Source: Octopus vulgaris (lineage: Eukaryota). Taken from it: a DNA stretch of 64,000 nucleotides. Made by a program: the position numbers and the translations under genes. Below are positions 1 to 13,710 of this stretch, one piece after another. The notes below the pieces were generated by a model. The model was not told the DNA's origin. It saw nothing but the letters and a program-made list of their open reading frames with translations, and did no database searches. Position 1 is the first letter of the stretch. Each line of letters begins with the position of its first letter. The stretch is from positions 42,594,001 through 42,658,000 of the forward strand of contig OX597838.1 in NCBI GenBank assembly GCA_951406725.2, in the 5' to 3' direction.

Positions 1-210
1 TCTCTCTCTCTATATATATATATATGCAAATGAGTGCATGCACCCACCCATATGTCTCCCTTTTAATCTCTTCCCTAAGTACATGCGTATATGTGCAGAC
101 TTTCTTCTACCTTGGGATAAAACTTCCCATAAACATCAACATAAACTTTGTCACTCGTAATACCTGTATGCTCACTAAATGTAACTTTCCCAAATAAAGT
201 ACAGTTCATA

Positions 211-302
211 TTCAGGGCTCTGATAAAGCTATAGAATGCTATCCCGGCACTCAGTTAAGAGTCCACCACATCTAATAGCAGAAACAGCTGTAAGCCACTG
301 AA
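211..302 (+). ncRNA. Degenerate type I hammerhead ribozyme (core G8 changed to A)
   Basis: TTCAG-GGCT CTGATAA a GCTAT...ATAGC a GAAAC AGCT GTA AGCC-a-CTGAA. Confidence 0.55.
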
Positions 303-1219
303 GTTCATTACATAATATTTGGTTTTACCAGTGTCATCTCTTCATTTCCAATTACTACTCTATACTATATTATATATACATATATACATATATATATATA
401 TATATGATATACAAAAATATGTGTTTAAATATCATGATGTAAATGTAACACTGAAACATATTTTACGTATGTTGAGTAGAGAGGTGTGATAAGTTTATTC
501 CAGCAAAAGTTGACAGTTTGCTCTCAGTTTAGTCCCTGGTTGGGCTTTTGAACACACACACACACACACACACACATGATGAAACAATATACATATATAC
601 GTACATAAATATTTGAAATATATATTGTGTGATATATATATATATATATATGATATGACATATATATTGTCTGTGATACATATATCATATACATTATATA
701 TATATATATTTCTATATGTATACTTATATGTAAATATACACACAAAACACACACACACACACACAGGTATATATATGTAACCATATATGTAAACACACAC
801 ACACATACAAGCGTGTGTTATTATCTCTGTTGCTTTACTGTTAGATTTAAATAAGTCAATTCGTCGCTATTGTACGTTTTGTATTTAACCAAAATACGAA
901 ATATCACGAAATGTTACTCAGGAAATATTAGAATTTTAAAAGCTTTACCTTCCGCTTAATGAAGAAATAAAACTACATACATATGCCGCTCCATACCCAC
1001 CTCATACATACATACATACGTACATACATACACACACACACATGTATATATATGTATATCAGCGTGTTTATATGTTTCAACTAATGACAGGTTCGTGTTA
1101 GACTATTCACCTTTGTAATGGGTGTAGGAACGACGAAGGAACACAGCTCGCAAATGGATATTTTGACATGAAAATAATCGAAAAATGGTCAGTTTAGAAG
1201 AATAAAGAAATAAGGATAC

Positions 1220-1497
1220 CTGTCGGTTTGTGTAGAGTGGCGGGACAACATCAGCTTTCGACAGCCTGTACGTGTCAGAGGAGTAGCCGAAGACATCCGT
1301 GAAAGTCTGCTAGCAACAGATATTATATGGTGAACAAAAGAGCTGTGTGTGTGAGTGTGTGTGTGTTGGAATATAGGTAGAGAGAGAGAGAGAGAGACAG
1401 ATAGATAGATAGACAAACAACAGACAAACAGCTACCTATACATCTGTCTATTTATCGACCTGTCTATCCATCTGGCTATCTAACTTGACAGATAGAC

Positions 1498-1564
<67 letters not shown>

Positions 1565-2185
1565 CAGAGATTGGTAGATAGATAGATAGATTAACAGTTA
1601 TAGGCAGATAGATAGACAGACAGGCAGGCAGACGGACAGACAGGTAGTTAGATGTAAAGGTAAAGTAATCGGTAATTAAAGAGAAACAGGTAGGTCGACA
1701 GATATGATTGATAGACGGAGCCTAAAAGCAGCGAAAAATGGAGATATTGTGGCTTACAAAATGGAACTAAGTGTATCTAGGTTGATGTTGTCTCGAATGG
1801 ATTCTAGCAATGGCCATTGAACCTTACAATTAATGTTTGTCTCTGTGTGAGTGCGTGTGTGTGTATTTATGTCTGTCAACGAGAACAGCTTACATAAGTG
1901 GTTAAGAGATACAGTCTCTGTTAATCGTGTCGACTTATGATCAAAGGCTTTCCAGCCACGACCACCTGTCTTTTGTGTGCGTTTTAGCACATCCTGCGGC
2001 TACATTATCAAATGTATTGCTTCTTTGTTCGTGGTGGTCGTGTCTGATTATAGGGAGATTTGACTGCTATTTCTAGCCGCTTTCGTTAGCTTGTAGAGGG
2101 CGTCTGTGAGTGTGGATGTCTTCATAAGCTTTACAGAGCTGACATGTGTGTGTTTATGTGTGGCTAAGCTTGGACGGATATTAAT

Positions 2186-2226
<41 letters not shown>

Positions 2227-2442
2227 TGCCGTGTGTGTATATTAAGCGTATGGAATCTAGTTTGAGCACGTGTGTGAGTGTGTGTGCATGTTTAGGAATG
2301 TTACAGTTCTTTGTGTTGTGTTCGTTGAGTGAAATGCTGTATGGCGAGGTGGGTGTGTGTGAGACAGACAGATACAAATATGTCTGTATATAAACGTGTG
2401 AGGGGGAAGGAAAGAGCTTGAGAGACAAAGAGACTTGAGTAG

Positions 2443-2478
<36 letters not shown>

Positions 2479-3230
2479 ATTTAGTTATCGATTACGTATG
2501 ACAGGTTGTTTTTTCTTTTCTTTTTGCTGTGATTGAATCTGTTGTTTGTGATAAGAGAATAAATATATTATGGAAGCAGCTTGTTTTTAAAAGCCTCACC
2601 ATTCGCTTCTAACCGTTGTTGCTGCTAATAACATTATTATTGTTATTGTTATTATTATTTTTATTACTACTACTACTACTGCTAGTACTAGTGCGGTGGC
2701 GTTTAGAGATTCTAGCTGTGCAGGTACTCATGATGTCGGCGGTTGCTGGTGTGAACACTGTAACAATAATAACAACAACAACGGCCAATGTAGGCGGTAT
2801 GTTTCGTAACGAAGGAAGATTGGAGTAGAATTCTAGAGGCTGTGCAGGAGAGATGGCGGTTTGGGGTTTGTAGTTAGTGAGAAGAGGCGACGGCGGTGGC
2901 GAAGGTGAAGTCTTTGACAAGGGGCACCAGCTGGAACAAACAATTAATTGGTCATTAGCAATTTAGGAGAAACACTATCTTCCGCCTTGTTTTATAGAAA
3001 CACTGAAATGATATTGTCTTTTCTTTTTTTTTTTCCACAGACAAATGTTTTTGTGGGGGTTTCTTGTTGTTTTTACCTTTTAGGTAATGAGATAATTAAT
3101 GTGTACCTGTATATCTGTGTCTCTATCCCCGTCTCTCGGCGATTTCATATATGTGTGTGTGTGTTTGTGAATGTGTTACCTGTCTTTCTGCTAGCGATGG
3201 CAAATAAGGCTGTAAAACTGCTGCTACAGC
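1220..3230 (-). other. Putative 5' exons of an unidentified neighbouring gene (3230-3180, 2930-2600, 1309-1220), continuing out of the window
   Basis: Good acceptors and donors (CCTGCCAG|...CAG|GTAAC; TGTTCCAG|...ATG|GTGAGG; TAG/CAG|...CAG|GTATCC). Local CpG retention. ATG at 2602-2600 splices in frame to QTFTDVFGYSSDTYRLSKADVVPPLYTNRQ. No homology recognised. Confidence 0.35.
1487..1640. repeat. (GATA)n/(GA)n/(GACA)n compound microsatellite
   Basis: Directly visible; representative of many microsatellites in the window. Confidence 0.95.
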
Positions 3231-3487
3231 CTGGCAGGTGAGAGAAAGAGAGAGACACACAGAGAAACTATTGCAAATAAGGACAATTTATGGCAAGGCT
3301 AACAGTTTATCTACAATTTTATATATATAGATATATATAGATATCATTTGTTTACAAAGGTAAACCTATCGATGCATGCTACCAACATAAGTAATAACTA
3401 ATAAGTATCGATGCATGTGTGTGTGTGTCTACACGTATACATTTATGTAATGTAGTACATTATGTAATGTCAAGTTATATCATTTGT

Positions 3488-3577
3488 TCTTACGTACGTT
3501 TCACCAGTGTGACTGGAACTCTGCATTCGATGTTCCAAGCGCAAGTAGATGCTTGACCCCCAACAGCTCATCAGAGA
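3488..3577 (-). ncRNA. Type I hammerhead ribozyme with branched stem II insertion
   Basis: Minus strand: TCT CTGATGA GCTG...TGGT GAAAC GTAC GTA AGA; internal hairpins CAAGC/GCTTG and GGAAC/GTTCC. Confidence 0.65.
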
Positions 3578-3856
3578 CATTAGGTCTCTGTAACATAGCT
3601 AAGCATCAAATTGCGCTGAGAACATCCAATGAAGATGTCCAAAAGCCACAATACCGAAGTATAAATAGCAACAAATGATATAAGCTTGTGTTTGTTGTAA
3701 TTTCTACCAGATTTACTCTGTATGTCATAACTAGTGATATTACTAAGAATAGCAGGAACTTAACCACTGGAAGCAGACTGGAGGATGATAATCTAAGCGT
3801 AATAATTTAAGTAGAACTCTAAACTCAATAGTTGTACATCTATCTGAGCACACAAC

Positions 3857-3898
<42 letters not shown>

Positions 3899-3924
3899 AA
3901 ATAAATAAATAAAAGCATACATAC

Positions 3925-3960
<36 letters not shown>

Positions 3961-4289
3961 ATGTATTTTATTTTTTTACCTGTTTTAGTCATTTGAGTAC
4001 AGCCATGCTGGAGCACTGCCTTGAAGGGTTTTTTTAAGTCAAAGAAATCAACCCCAGGACTTATTCTTCGTAAGCCTAGTACTTATTCTGTCAGTCTTTT
4101 TTGCTGAACTGCTAAGTTACAAGGACGTAAACACACCAACATCAGTTGTCAAGCAATGGTGAGGGGGGGGGACAAACACAAACACCAGACATAAATATAT
4201 ACAGACATATAAGGAAGAACAAGGAAAGGGAGATAAAATTGATAAACATCAATTATTATTTATTGATTACAAAAACAGACAATATCGCA

Positions 4290-4334
4290 TCTAACAGCTG
4301 TTTCTGTCCACGCTATTTGGGGCATAATCAGGCT
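4290..4334 (-). ncRNA. Highly degenerate hammerhead remnant
   Basis: Minus strand CTGATTA tgcc...ggaca GAAAC AGCT GTT; core mutated and stem I broken. Confidence 0.3.
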
Positions 4335-4814
4335 TAATTATTACAATAATAATAATTATCACTGTAATAATTATACCAACTTGAATAGTAGAACTTCATC
4401 AGAACAGAAAAATAAAGAAAAGGAAAGAGAAAATAAGGATATACCGATTGCGGTTACATGTTATCCCTCTGAAAACCTTTTGACCAACTGAAAAATTTAC
4501 TTATACAATTAGAATAGTTATGATAATTAGTGGTAGATGGAGGGGGTGCGGTGGGGGAAGGCTACTAATGGCATAAGTTGAATATATAATAGTGTTGGAG
4601 TATTTTGGTTTGGTCATAAAATAAAAAGTCAAAAATGCCAGGAGTTGCAGAACTTAATATGATAACAGTTGACCCTAAGTGATTTATTGATAATTTCCTG
4701 ATCGATTAGCATAACTGAATTAAACGAGGAGCATTGCAAAACCATAAAAATAAATTAATTAAACTGGGAGGCAAAATATTTCTGTTTTGCGCAGATGGTA
4801 ATAATCGTGATAAT

Positions 4815-7351
4815 AGGAAACCAAAATAGCCAACAGTTTCAACAGAGCAAGAAATGGCAGTTTGTCCGAGAAAAGTCAACAAATGTGCAGCAGAGGAAAT
4901 GAAGGCTGCGGCCAGATTCTTTTCCTTGAATTTGGCTTACATTTCTATATATTGACTGGACATATTTATTTCTTTACTACCCACAGGGGGCTAAACACAG
5001 AGGGGACAAACAAGTACAGACAAAGGGATTAAGTTGATTACATCAACCCCAGTGCATAACTGGTACTTATTCAATCGACCCCAAAAGGATGAAAGACAAA
5101 GTCGACCTTGGCGGAATTTGAACTCAGAACATGACGGCAGACGAAATACCGCTAAGCATTTCGCCCGGCATGCTAACGTGCCTGCCAGTTCGCCACCCTA
5201 ACTGGACAGCTTGCCATGACAGGACACATTACTGGTATCATCAGTTGAATCTAAAGAAACAGAGAAATACTTGATTCTTAACATATTTTGCCATCAACAG
5301 AACAATTGACTGCTTACCACTTCTGGGATTGCCAAATGTGTTCATGTGACCCATTAGAAATGGACAAAACTGTGCTAATGGATCAAATGATGGAACTGAT
5401 TCCATAATTTCTGGAAAATTCTCATTGTGTCAAGAGCCTATTATCTCTTCACTACCTCTGAATGCCAGACGTCTCTTGGTTAGAAATATTCTTTTCTACT
5501 CTAGGCACAAGGCCTGAAATTTTGGGGAAGGGGACCAGTTGATTAGATCAACCCCAGTACTTCATTTATTGATCCCAAAAGGATGAAAGGCAAAGTCTAC
5601 CTCGGTGGAATTTGAACTCAGAATGTCTATATATCACTGAGCCTTTCGCCCAGTGTGCTAACGGTTCTGCCAGCTCGCCACCAGTTCTTGGCTCGAAATA
5701 TTGTCACAGCCATGACACAGAACAATACTTTGGTCCAGTATTTCTTGTTTTCCCAACTCTCTGTTGACATAAGAGGATTTCCTACATAAAAGATTGAATT
5801 TCAACACAGAATCTCTGTGGCCTTGACTATTCTGCTTTTTTCAATTGTTAAAATCATCCTTGTTGGAAAACCTGTCATGTTGGTTTGACCTCAAAGTGCA
5901 GTAAAAATAATAAACGGCAATCTTTGATGGTCTATGCAGGAGCCACCTTCTTAAAAGCTGCTCACCATTCTTGTGAATGGTGTAAAACATTGAATCTTTA
6001 AAATAACGGTTGTGCCTAACCAGTTTGGCTTCATCTGATTGATAATGGCACCGAGATTCTAAGAAGGAGTCGGAGTCGTATTTATTTGGACATGTGGCTG
6101 ATTTTGCTTGAAGTAATATGGACCCATACTTTTCCCTAACAGAAGACCACGTGGCTGGGTTTGGCTCCTACGGTGCTGTTTCACTATCCACGACACTAGG
6201 ATATGATGATTCTTTATCTTCAGTATTTTGAGGTTTTTCCTGTTTTCTGGACTTAGGAGTGCTGCTGGTGTCTCAAAACGGACATCTAGTCCTGATTCTT
6301 CATTATTAGCTTCTAAGTGTCCATTTTCCAAAGCAAAGAAAAATTCTGCAAGGCAGCTTTTTTTTTCTGGTTTTCCTTTGGAAACATTTCTTTTTTGAAC
6401 TCCAGACAGTTGAATGTTCTGCAGCATTCTTAGATATTCTGTGTGAGAGTAGAATATCTAATCTGAATAGAAGCTAAAGAAAATAGTTTCAAAAGGAAAA
6501 GGAATCTGGAGCTGATGGCAGCAATGTAGACTCACTTCATTAAATTCTAATACAGGGATATGAAGCCAGTCACTTTGCACAAACTCTCTGTTACTCCTAT
6601 GTCTTTTGGCTGATAAAGAGACCCGACAGCAGGTCCATTTATAGGATTTATGGAGTGGAAGATGAAAAAGAATTTAATTTTTTTTTTTCTTTTTGCATAA
6701 TCATAGTGTGAAGAACCCAAATCTACAAAAAATTTCTTAAGTTGTAAGCTTAAATCTCATCCTCATAGACTTGTTGTCAAAGTTGATCCGAATAGAAAAG
6801 AGCTCAAGGGATTAACAGCAAGTTAAGGATTACAGATTAAAGATTTTGTTTCCATAAAATTACTTTTCTCCAAAATTGTTTCACTTTCATGGAAATGAAA
6901 AGGTGCTAGAAACACTTCTTCATCATCATCATCGTTTAACGTCCGCTTTCCATAGAAAATATAATTTGAGAAGAAATCTTGTATTTCCTTGAACTCTCTA
7001 AACTTAAAACAATCTGATGAAGAGATTTAAGCTTACAACTTTACTTCAGAAAAATTTTGTGAATTTGTGTTCTTTACACTGTATCTCATACGATTATGCC
7101 AAAAATTTGTTTTAGTTTCTTTCATTCCTCCCCACCTCATAAACCCTATAATTTCAACTTTCCATCTTTTATTCAGACAGAGTTATATCTCAGACACATC
7201 ACAAGTATTTTTTTTTCTTTTATTAAGACATATCACTTTCGAAGGTCATTGGTCAGTCGTGTGTTGAAAGAAGACCCTTCATAGTAGGGAGCCCCAATAT
7301 CGAGTGGGGCTTGGAACAATCACCCCTGGTGCCCCAATAAATCTAGCTCTG
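4815..7351 (-). mobile_element. Decayed hAT transposon (ZMYM1/DUF4371-type), interrupted by SINEs
   Basis: Fragments YYFYC...DDFNN.KK (TTF zinc finger), RGSEEIIGS.HNENF...FDP, YFSVSLDSTDD, MSSQY...KEKN...FISSAAHLL; TIR-like CAGAGCTAGATTTA at 7351. Confidence 0.7.
4962..5200 (-). mobile_element. tRNA-derived SINE family A (similar copies at about 5490, 8020, 8865, 12885, 20470, 32770, 37560, 39280, 39495, 42525, 48680)
   Basis: tRNA-like head, TTTCATCCTTT.GGGGTCGAT core, target-site duplication ACTGGACA on both sides. Confidence 0.85.
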
Positions 7352-9065
7352 GCTTGTGGCAAGAATTGAACTTATCTTTAACTGTGTTCCTCATTCCTTA
7401 GTTACATTGGAGAGCTAGGAGCACTGGACCTTGTTGAAGCTTGTCCTTGATTCCCTTGGCAAGGGCCAAGTTGTGTTCTCTTCAGATACCATCAGAACTC
7501 TTTGAAGATTTTAGCACCGAACTCCATAACTTGAGAAAAAGGATGCAAATCTCAAGGATATTTGAAATGATGTTCTAACTGGTGGCATGATCTCCAACCA
7601 ACCAATTGGTCGATAAATAGGATGTTGACACGAGGATCGCATGCCCCTGCTGTAGCTCACTCATGACAGAGAACTGATTTCTCAGAAAAAGGGGCTCAAA
7701 TGCTTAGGCTTGCTACAGCATCAATGTAACAGTCTGTAAAATAAGGTCCAATTTAGCCAACCACCTGTACATAGACATGAAGAGTTGGCGCTTACCAATA
7801 TTGTTGTAATGCTGTTGGTACAATGTATTATTCCGTTTATTGTATAATATTTCAGCAATGATCTCATGGTAAAGCGGTGATTTGAAGGGTTTACTGTCAT
7901 TTGACTTGAGCCGGTCATTGAGGACAAACGTGGTTGGCTGAATGAATAAGAACTGAAGCCAACTCACAGACTGGACATTAAGGGGTTTGCTGTTGGCAAA
8001 TTACAATGAACAATAGGGATTTCAAATTTTAATACAAAGTCAACAATTTGGGGGGGGGGGATGTAAGTTGATTACATCAACCCCAGTACACAACTGGTAC
8101 TTATTTTATTGAGGCCCAAAAGGATGAAAGGCAAAGTGGACCCTGGCAGCATTTGAACTCAGAATGTAAAGACGGATGAAATGATGCTAAGTATTTTGCC
8201 CGTTGTGCTAATGATTCCATCAGCTCATTGCCACCTTAACGATGAACAATATGAATAATTGCTGAATAATGAGAGCGGAGAGGAAAACTGTTGTGAAAAT
8301 CTAGAAAGCTCTCAGTGTGACATCGTGCTGTCAGTCGAAATAGACACAAAGCCATCTAGGTAAATCTTTGAGCCAATCTGTGACATGAGCAGGCCACTGA
8401 CCATCGGCACAGCAAGAGTCGAGGCACACAGGTCAGCTGCTTTCAACGCCCTGCCATTAATAAAGCACCAAAAAATAGTTTTTTATAGGGGACAAGAAGT
8501 CAACTTTTAGAACATTCAAGAAAACCATGTGACACCACAGGTGACTGGTCAATTTATAGACCAGCTGTGTGAAGCTGTGGCAGTTCACCTGTGGTGGCTG
8601 ACCTAGTAATTAGCAGTGAGGTTTCAAATCCCTGCTACAAAACCATTGTACTATCATACAATGAAACAGGTTGCTCAATCCAGTCCCTTTTCTTGATCCT
8701 TTTATATAACCTCCAGGGATATTCATGGATTTCCAGGTATATCTTCAGTAATACAATCAATTCCCATTGTAAAGTCATACCTGAGAGCTGATACCTGTAG
8801 AGAGGCTTTCTACAGAAAACTGCAAGGTTAATATCCAAATTCAATTCATATATATGTAAATATTAAGGCGAGGGGAGCTGGCAGAAATGTTAGCATGCCA
8901 GGCAAAATGCTTAGCTGTATTTTGTTTGTCTTTACGTTCTGAGTTCAAATTCCACCAAGGTCGACTTTGCCTTTCATAAATTAAGTACCAGTTGCATACT
9001 GGGGTCGATCTAATTGACTGCCCTCCCCTCCCCAAAAGTTTCAGGCCTTGTGCCTAGAGCAGAAA

Positions 9066-9121
<56 letters not shown>

Positions 9122-9517
9122 CATGTATATACATGTTTATCCATATATAAATCCCCACAGGCAATTCTTATGCACAACACGTGTGCAATTAACTCAATTT
9201 AATTTAATACATTCACTTACAATACAATGAACATCAACCGATACTTGTATGCCTTCCACTATTAGTGTGTGTGTGTGTGTGTGTGAGCATTTCTCCTCGG
9301 GCAGAATCAGCATGACAAAGTGTGTGACAAGGCTGTAGCTTCTGAATTCCAAGTATAATCCACCCGGCGGGCCTCTATAGTTCCTATCCCACCCAGTTTC
9401 TCTCACAAAAGGTGCAGATCATCTGAAGTCTTGAGAAAACGACATTCACCCAACATGCAACGTGACTGGGAAACAAACTTTCTAACCATTCAAATGTATT
9501 GTATGACCCCTTCCCCT

Positions 9518-9586
<69 letters not shown>

Positions 9587-10329
9587 TTGTTTATTCTAAT
9601 TGTCAACAAATGCTGAAATTTGGGGATTAAAACAAGAACACTTTTGAGCTGCCAAATTCAGTCGGTCTCCCTTTGCCGTTCTGCCAAGTGCAACAGGAAA
9701 ATTCCCCATTTTGCAACACATCCAAGAATTTAATCTGGGAAGGTTTCTTTTATGCCGAATCCCCTAGTTTTTAGCTTTTACTTGTTTCAGTCATTAGACT
9801 GTGACCATGCTGGAGCACTGCCTTGAACAATCTTAGTCAAACAAATCAACCCCAGGACTTATTCGTTCCTTGTAGCCTGGTACATACTCTATCAGTCTCT
9901 GTTGCTGGACTGCTAAGTCACCGAGATGTAAACATACCAACAGTGGTTGTGAAGCAGTGGTGGTGGACAAATGCACACACACACACATATATACATATGA
10001 CAGGCTTCTTTCAGTTTCTGTCTACCAAATCCACTCACCAGGTTTTGTTCAGCCCAGAAATTACTCATGCTAGATGCCACATAGTGGGACTGAACCTGAA
10101 ACCATGTGGTTGGGAAGCAAACTTCTTACCACGCAGCCACGCCTGTATCTGTTCGTTAAAAGATTTGAGCATTATTTTTGCAATTGTAGTTTTCTTTTAA
10201 TTTAACGTTCCAGATTGAAAGTGTTTTAATGATATTTTTAATGAGGAAAAAAGTAGAATTGTTAGCAGACCCTTTTTCAAACGTCTTCTACATCCACCCA
10301 TCTTCTCTGCCCACCCTGGAAGGGTTATG

Positions 10330-10985
10330 TGGGTTGAGCCCTCAGTTACCTCTTCTATAGGGTCCTATCAGACACAACTGGAACCGAGACAATGGAGACA
10401 ATTTTCCAACCATTTCTTCTTATTTGCTCTTCCTCAACGTTTCTTACTCATTGGCTTCGCTTGAAGAATCCGTCTTGCAATTCTTTCTTGTGACAAGTTC
10501 CGGAGATGTGATCTCTCCATGTGGAGAATTAGAAACTCCATCTGAAGAGACTCCCTGCTTAATGAGGTATGCGCCTTGTCCAGTAATATTTCTCCAGACA
10601 TTTGTCAGAGTGACCCCATTTAGGCCACTTGCATTTGTGATTGCAAAGACTGAGACATTGGTCCCTTCAAGAAACTCATCCCAGAGCATTCTGCATGCTA
10701 GTGAAACATCACTGACACAAGTTTAAATACTCCAGGGCCATGTTCAGGGGTGATGAAAGGTAGGTGCCTCAATTGGATGCTAGAATTGCAGGCTTTGGTG
10801 CAGTAATGCATCGGCTCCTGTCTTCAATTTTCAGAAGAGAAGAGATTGGTAAAAAAAAGTCAAATTCGTTTCCATGACTATCGTTGCTTATGGTCATAAA
10901 TGATGGATAAGGTCTGAAAGAGTATGATCTCAAATGCAAGGGGTCGAAATGGTATTCCTCCAAAGTGTCTCCAGAGTAATGTCAT
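10330..10985. mobile_element. RTE-clade LINE 3' fragments in divergent orientation
   Basis: Minus 10330-10680: RESLQMEFLILHMERSHLR...ERIARRILQAKP. Plus 10720-10985: FKYS...LDARIAGFGAVMHRL...AYGHK.W...SQMQGVEM. Confidence 0.6.
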
Positions 10986-12173
10986 CTATAGTCAAAGTGA
11001 AATAGTACAAGAATTCCTTTCATTCAAAGACAAAAAAAAAATAATGGTTTCTAGTTTAGCTACAAAGCCAATAATTTTGAGGGGAAGGTTAGCCAATAAA
11101 TCACCTGGTACTTTATTTTATCAACCCCAAAAGGATAAACAATTAAGTTGACCTTCTGAGATTTGAACTCAGAACATAAATAGCCTGAAAACCTACTGCA
11201 AAAGCACATTTCCTGATGCTGTAATGGCTGCCATTTTACTAAATATGTCTAGCTTTAAATTGGAGAAAATAAACTAGCAACAATGTGTTTGAGTTCCTGA
11301 TTGCCAGTGGTGTGGATCCTAAGCTGTCGATGCAAAATTCAAGCAAACACAACACTCCCGAACTTAAACATACAAACAGTAAAATCACTGTGAATGTAGA
11401 AAACTGTTGTGTGAATTCTGTGTCAAGGCTTTACTCTCCACTCTGCCAAGTCGTTCTACAATGAAAGGCATTTGATTTATTTAAACAGTTGAAGCAGAAA
11501 CTTGAGCAAGTCACTTAAACATTTATTGCTGTTTGTAGAGGGTGTGTAAAGTTCAAGAAATTCCAGACAATAGGAGAATCAGAAAGTACTGATTGTATCA
11601 AAATTTCCATCATATTTGAAGAGGAAGAGGTAAATATCCACGGAATATAGGAGATGAATGTAGGCTGGTGGGGGAACAGACTCCAGGAATAGAACAGCAA
11701 AAGATTGCCTTACTGTGTTGTTAAAAATAAATGCTATTGGAGACTGGAAACTTAAATTCTTGTTCGTTTATCATTGTGAAAGTCAAAAAGCAATAAAAAG
11801 CCTGTTTTCAAATCTCGTCTGTTTGTCACTTAGAAATCCAACTGAGACGATTACATTGACGTCCCACCATCAAATATCAGAAATATTAGAAAAGAGAAGA
11901 AGACTTGTAAATTAGAAGCCCCAACATACTTCTGCTTTTGAGGTTCAAAACAACAATCTCACTCGTACAGCAATTCCTGAGTCGCTCCAAATATGCCCAA
12001 CTGTTGAAATGGTTTCCATTCCACAACCACTGCTACAGCTTGTGAATTTGAGTTATTTTTGTTTTAAAGGCAGGTCTTCTTTAAAGAATTAATCTCTTAA
12101 TTAGAACAACTGCTGGTGACTATCTGTCCATGAAATAATTCTGGGAAAATTAAAATTATCATAGCAATGTGTG

Positions 12174-12214
<41 letters not shown>

Positions 12215-13660
12215 GAGATATGTGAAGAGATGTTAAACATGTCTGATTGAGGTTTGGACAAAACGATGTCTAAATTAGTCGTTGAAGATAACCATAAGAT
12301 TGAAAATAAAACAGTCTCAATCAGCTTTGACCAAAGTAAAGAAGTGGAATTTGGAGAGGTTGATACAGGAAATATTGAGAATTTATTGCATGCCGATAGA
12401 GACCATCACCTGTGAAAATCTTCAATGGTCAACAGAACCAAGGGTGTATGTTTCAGGTAGTGAAAAAAACTCTTTGGAATAATTGGTAGAACAACAGAGA
12501 CATTGAAATAATTTGTGCTTTGAAGTAATTTTCAGAAAATGATCCAAACTTCAAAGCAAAGCAAAGGAACTGAAATGGTAAGAGTGAATTTCTTTGGAGA
12601 AGAATTAGGGTTTCTTGAGAAGAGAAGAAAAGTAGCCAACACTTGAAGTTTTTTTGGGGGGGTCTTTTGGTAATAATGCCAAAATTGAAAGTGTGCATGT
12701 CTTTTATATTGAATTCCATAGAATTTCATTCAAAACGACTTTTCTAAAGTCATTTCCTTCTAGCTTTTGACAATTTCCCCTCTTCCCTTTCCCAACACAC
12801 TAAATACTTTACAGCATTTGCAGTGGAGTCTTATCAAGGGTCAGCTGTTTGTCCCTTTATACAGGTAACCTTTGATATGACTCAAGGTAGCAAACTGACA
12901 GAATCGTTAGCAAGCTGGGCATTCTGTCTGTCTTTAGGTTCTGAGTTCAAATCCTGCCAGGGCTGATTTTGCCTTTCATCCTTTCAGGGGTCAATAAAAT
13001 AAGTACCAGTTATACACTGGGGTCAATGTAATCACCTTACCCCCTCCTCCAGCATTGCTGGCCAGGTGCCAAAATTTGATATCAACTTATTCTTTTTGCC
13101 TTGCCTGTAAATCCTATTCTGATGTTCTGTCATTTACCGCCCCCCCCCCACTTGATGTTCTCTCTATGCCCCCACTCCCCTCCCATTAAGTAATTTAATA
13201 CTTCAAACTCCTTTCCCTTCGCGTCTGTATACAATCACTTTTCCAATTACATCATTGATGAACGTTAGAGGACGCTTTAGATCAGAGTAAATTATCTCCA
13301 CACATAACAACCACTGTGCCACAGCTCTACGGCTGTTTAATAACACACACAACACAATGATGTAAATATGTGTGTCTGTGTGTCCTTACACTGGCTGGCA
13401 GAAAAGTGCAGAAATTTTGTAGCTGTGCACATTCATGTAGGATTTCATCCACTACCGACGATAGATATCATCATCATCATCATCATTTAACACATCATAT
13501 TGGCAGGGGTTGGATGGCTTGACCAGTTCTGTTTTGCTCAAGGACTGCATCATACTCCAGTGTCTGTTACATGATGCATTCATTGGGTCTGTATATGCAT
13601 GTGTGTGTGTATATAAATATACACCTTCATATAGACACACACCTACATATATATAAATAC

Positions 13661-13710
<50 letters not shown>

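Noticed and set aside
495-806. ORFs rich in YI/CV/HT (also 19164, 50337, 61066 and others)
   Set aside because: Translations of dinucleotide microsatellites.
6059-6427. 122-aa ORF as a host gene
   Set aside because: It lies in the 5' part of the decayed hAT transposase.
7400-8830. Possible endogenous viral or pseudogene sequence
   Set aside because: All frames are interrupted and I recognised no motif; needs tBLASTx.
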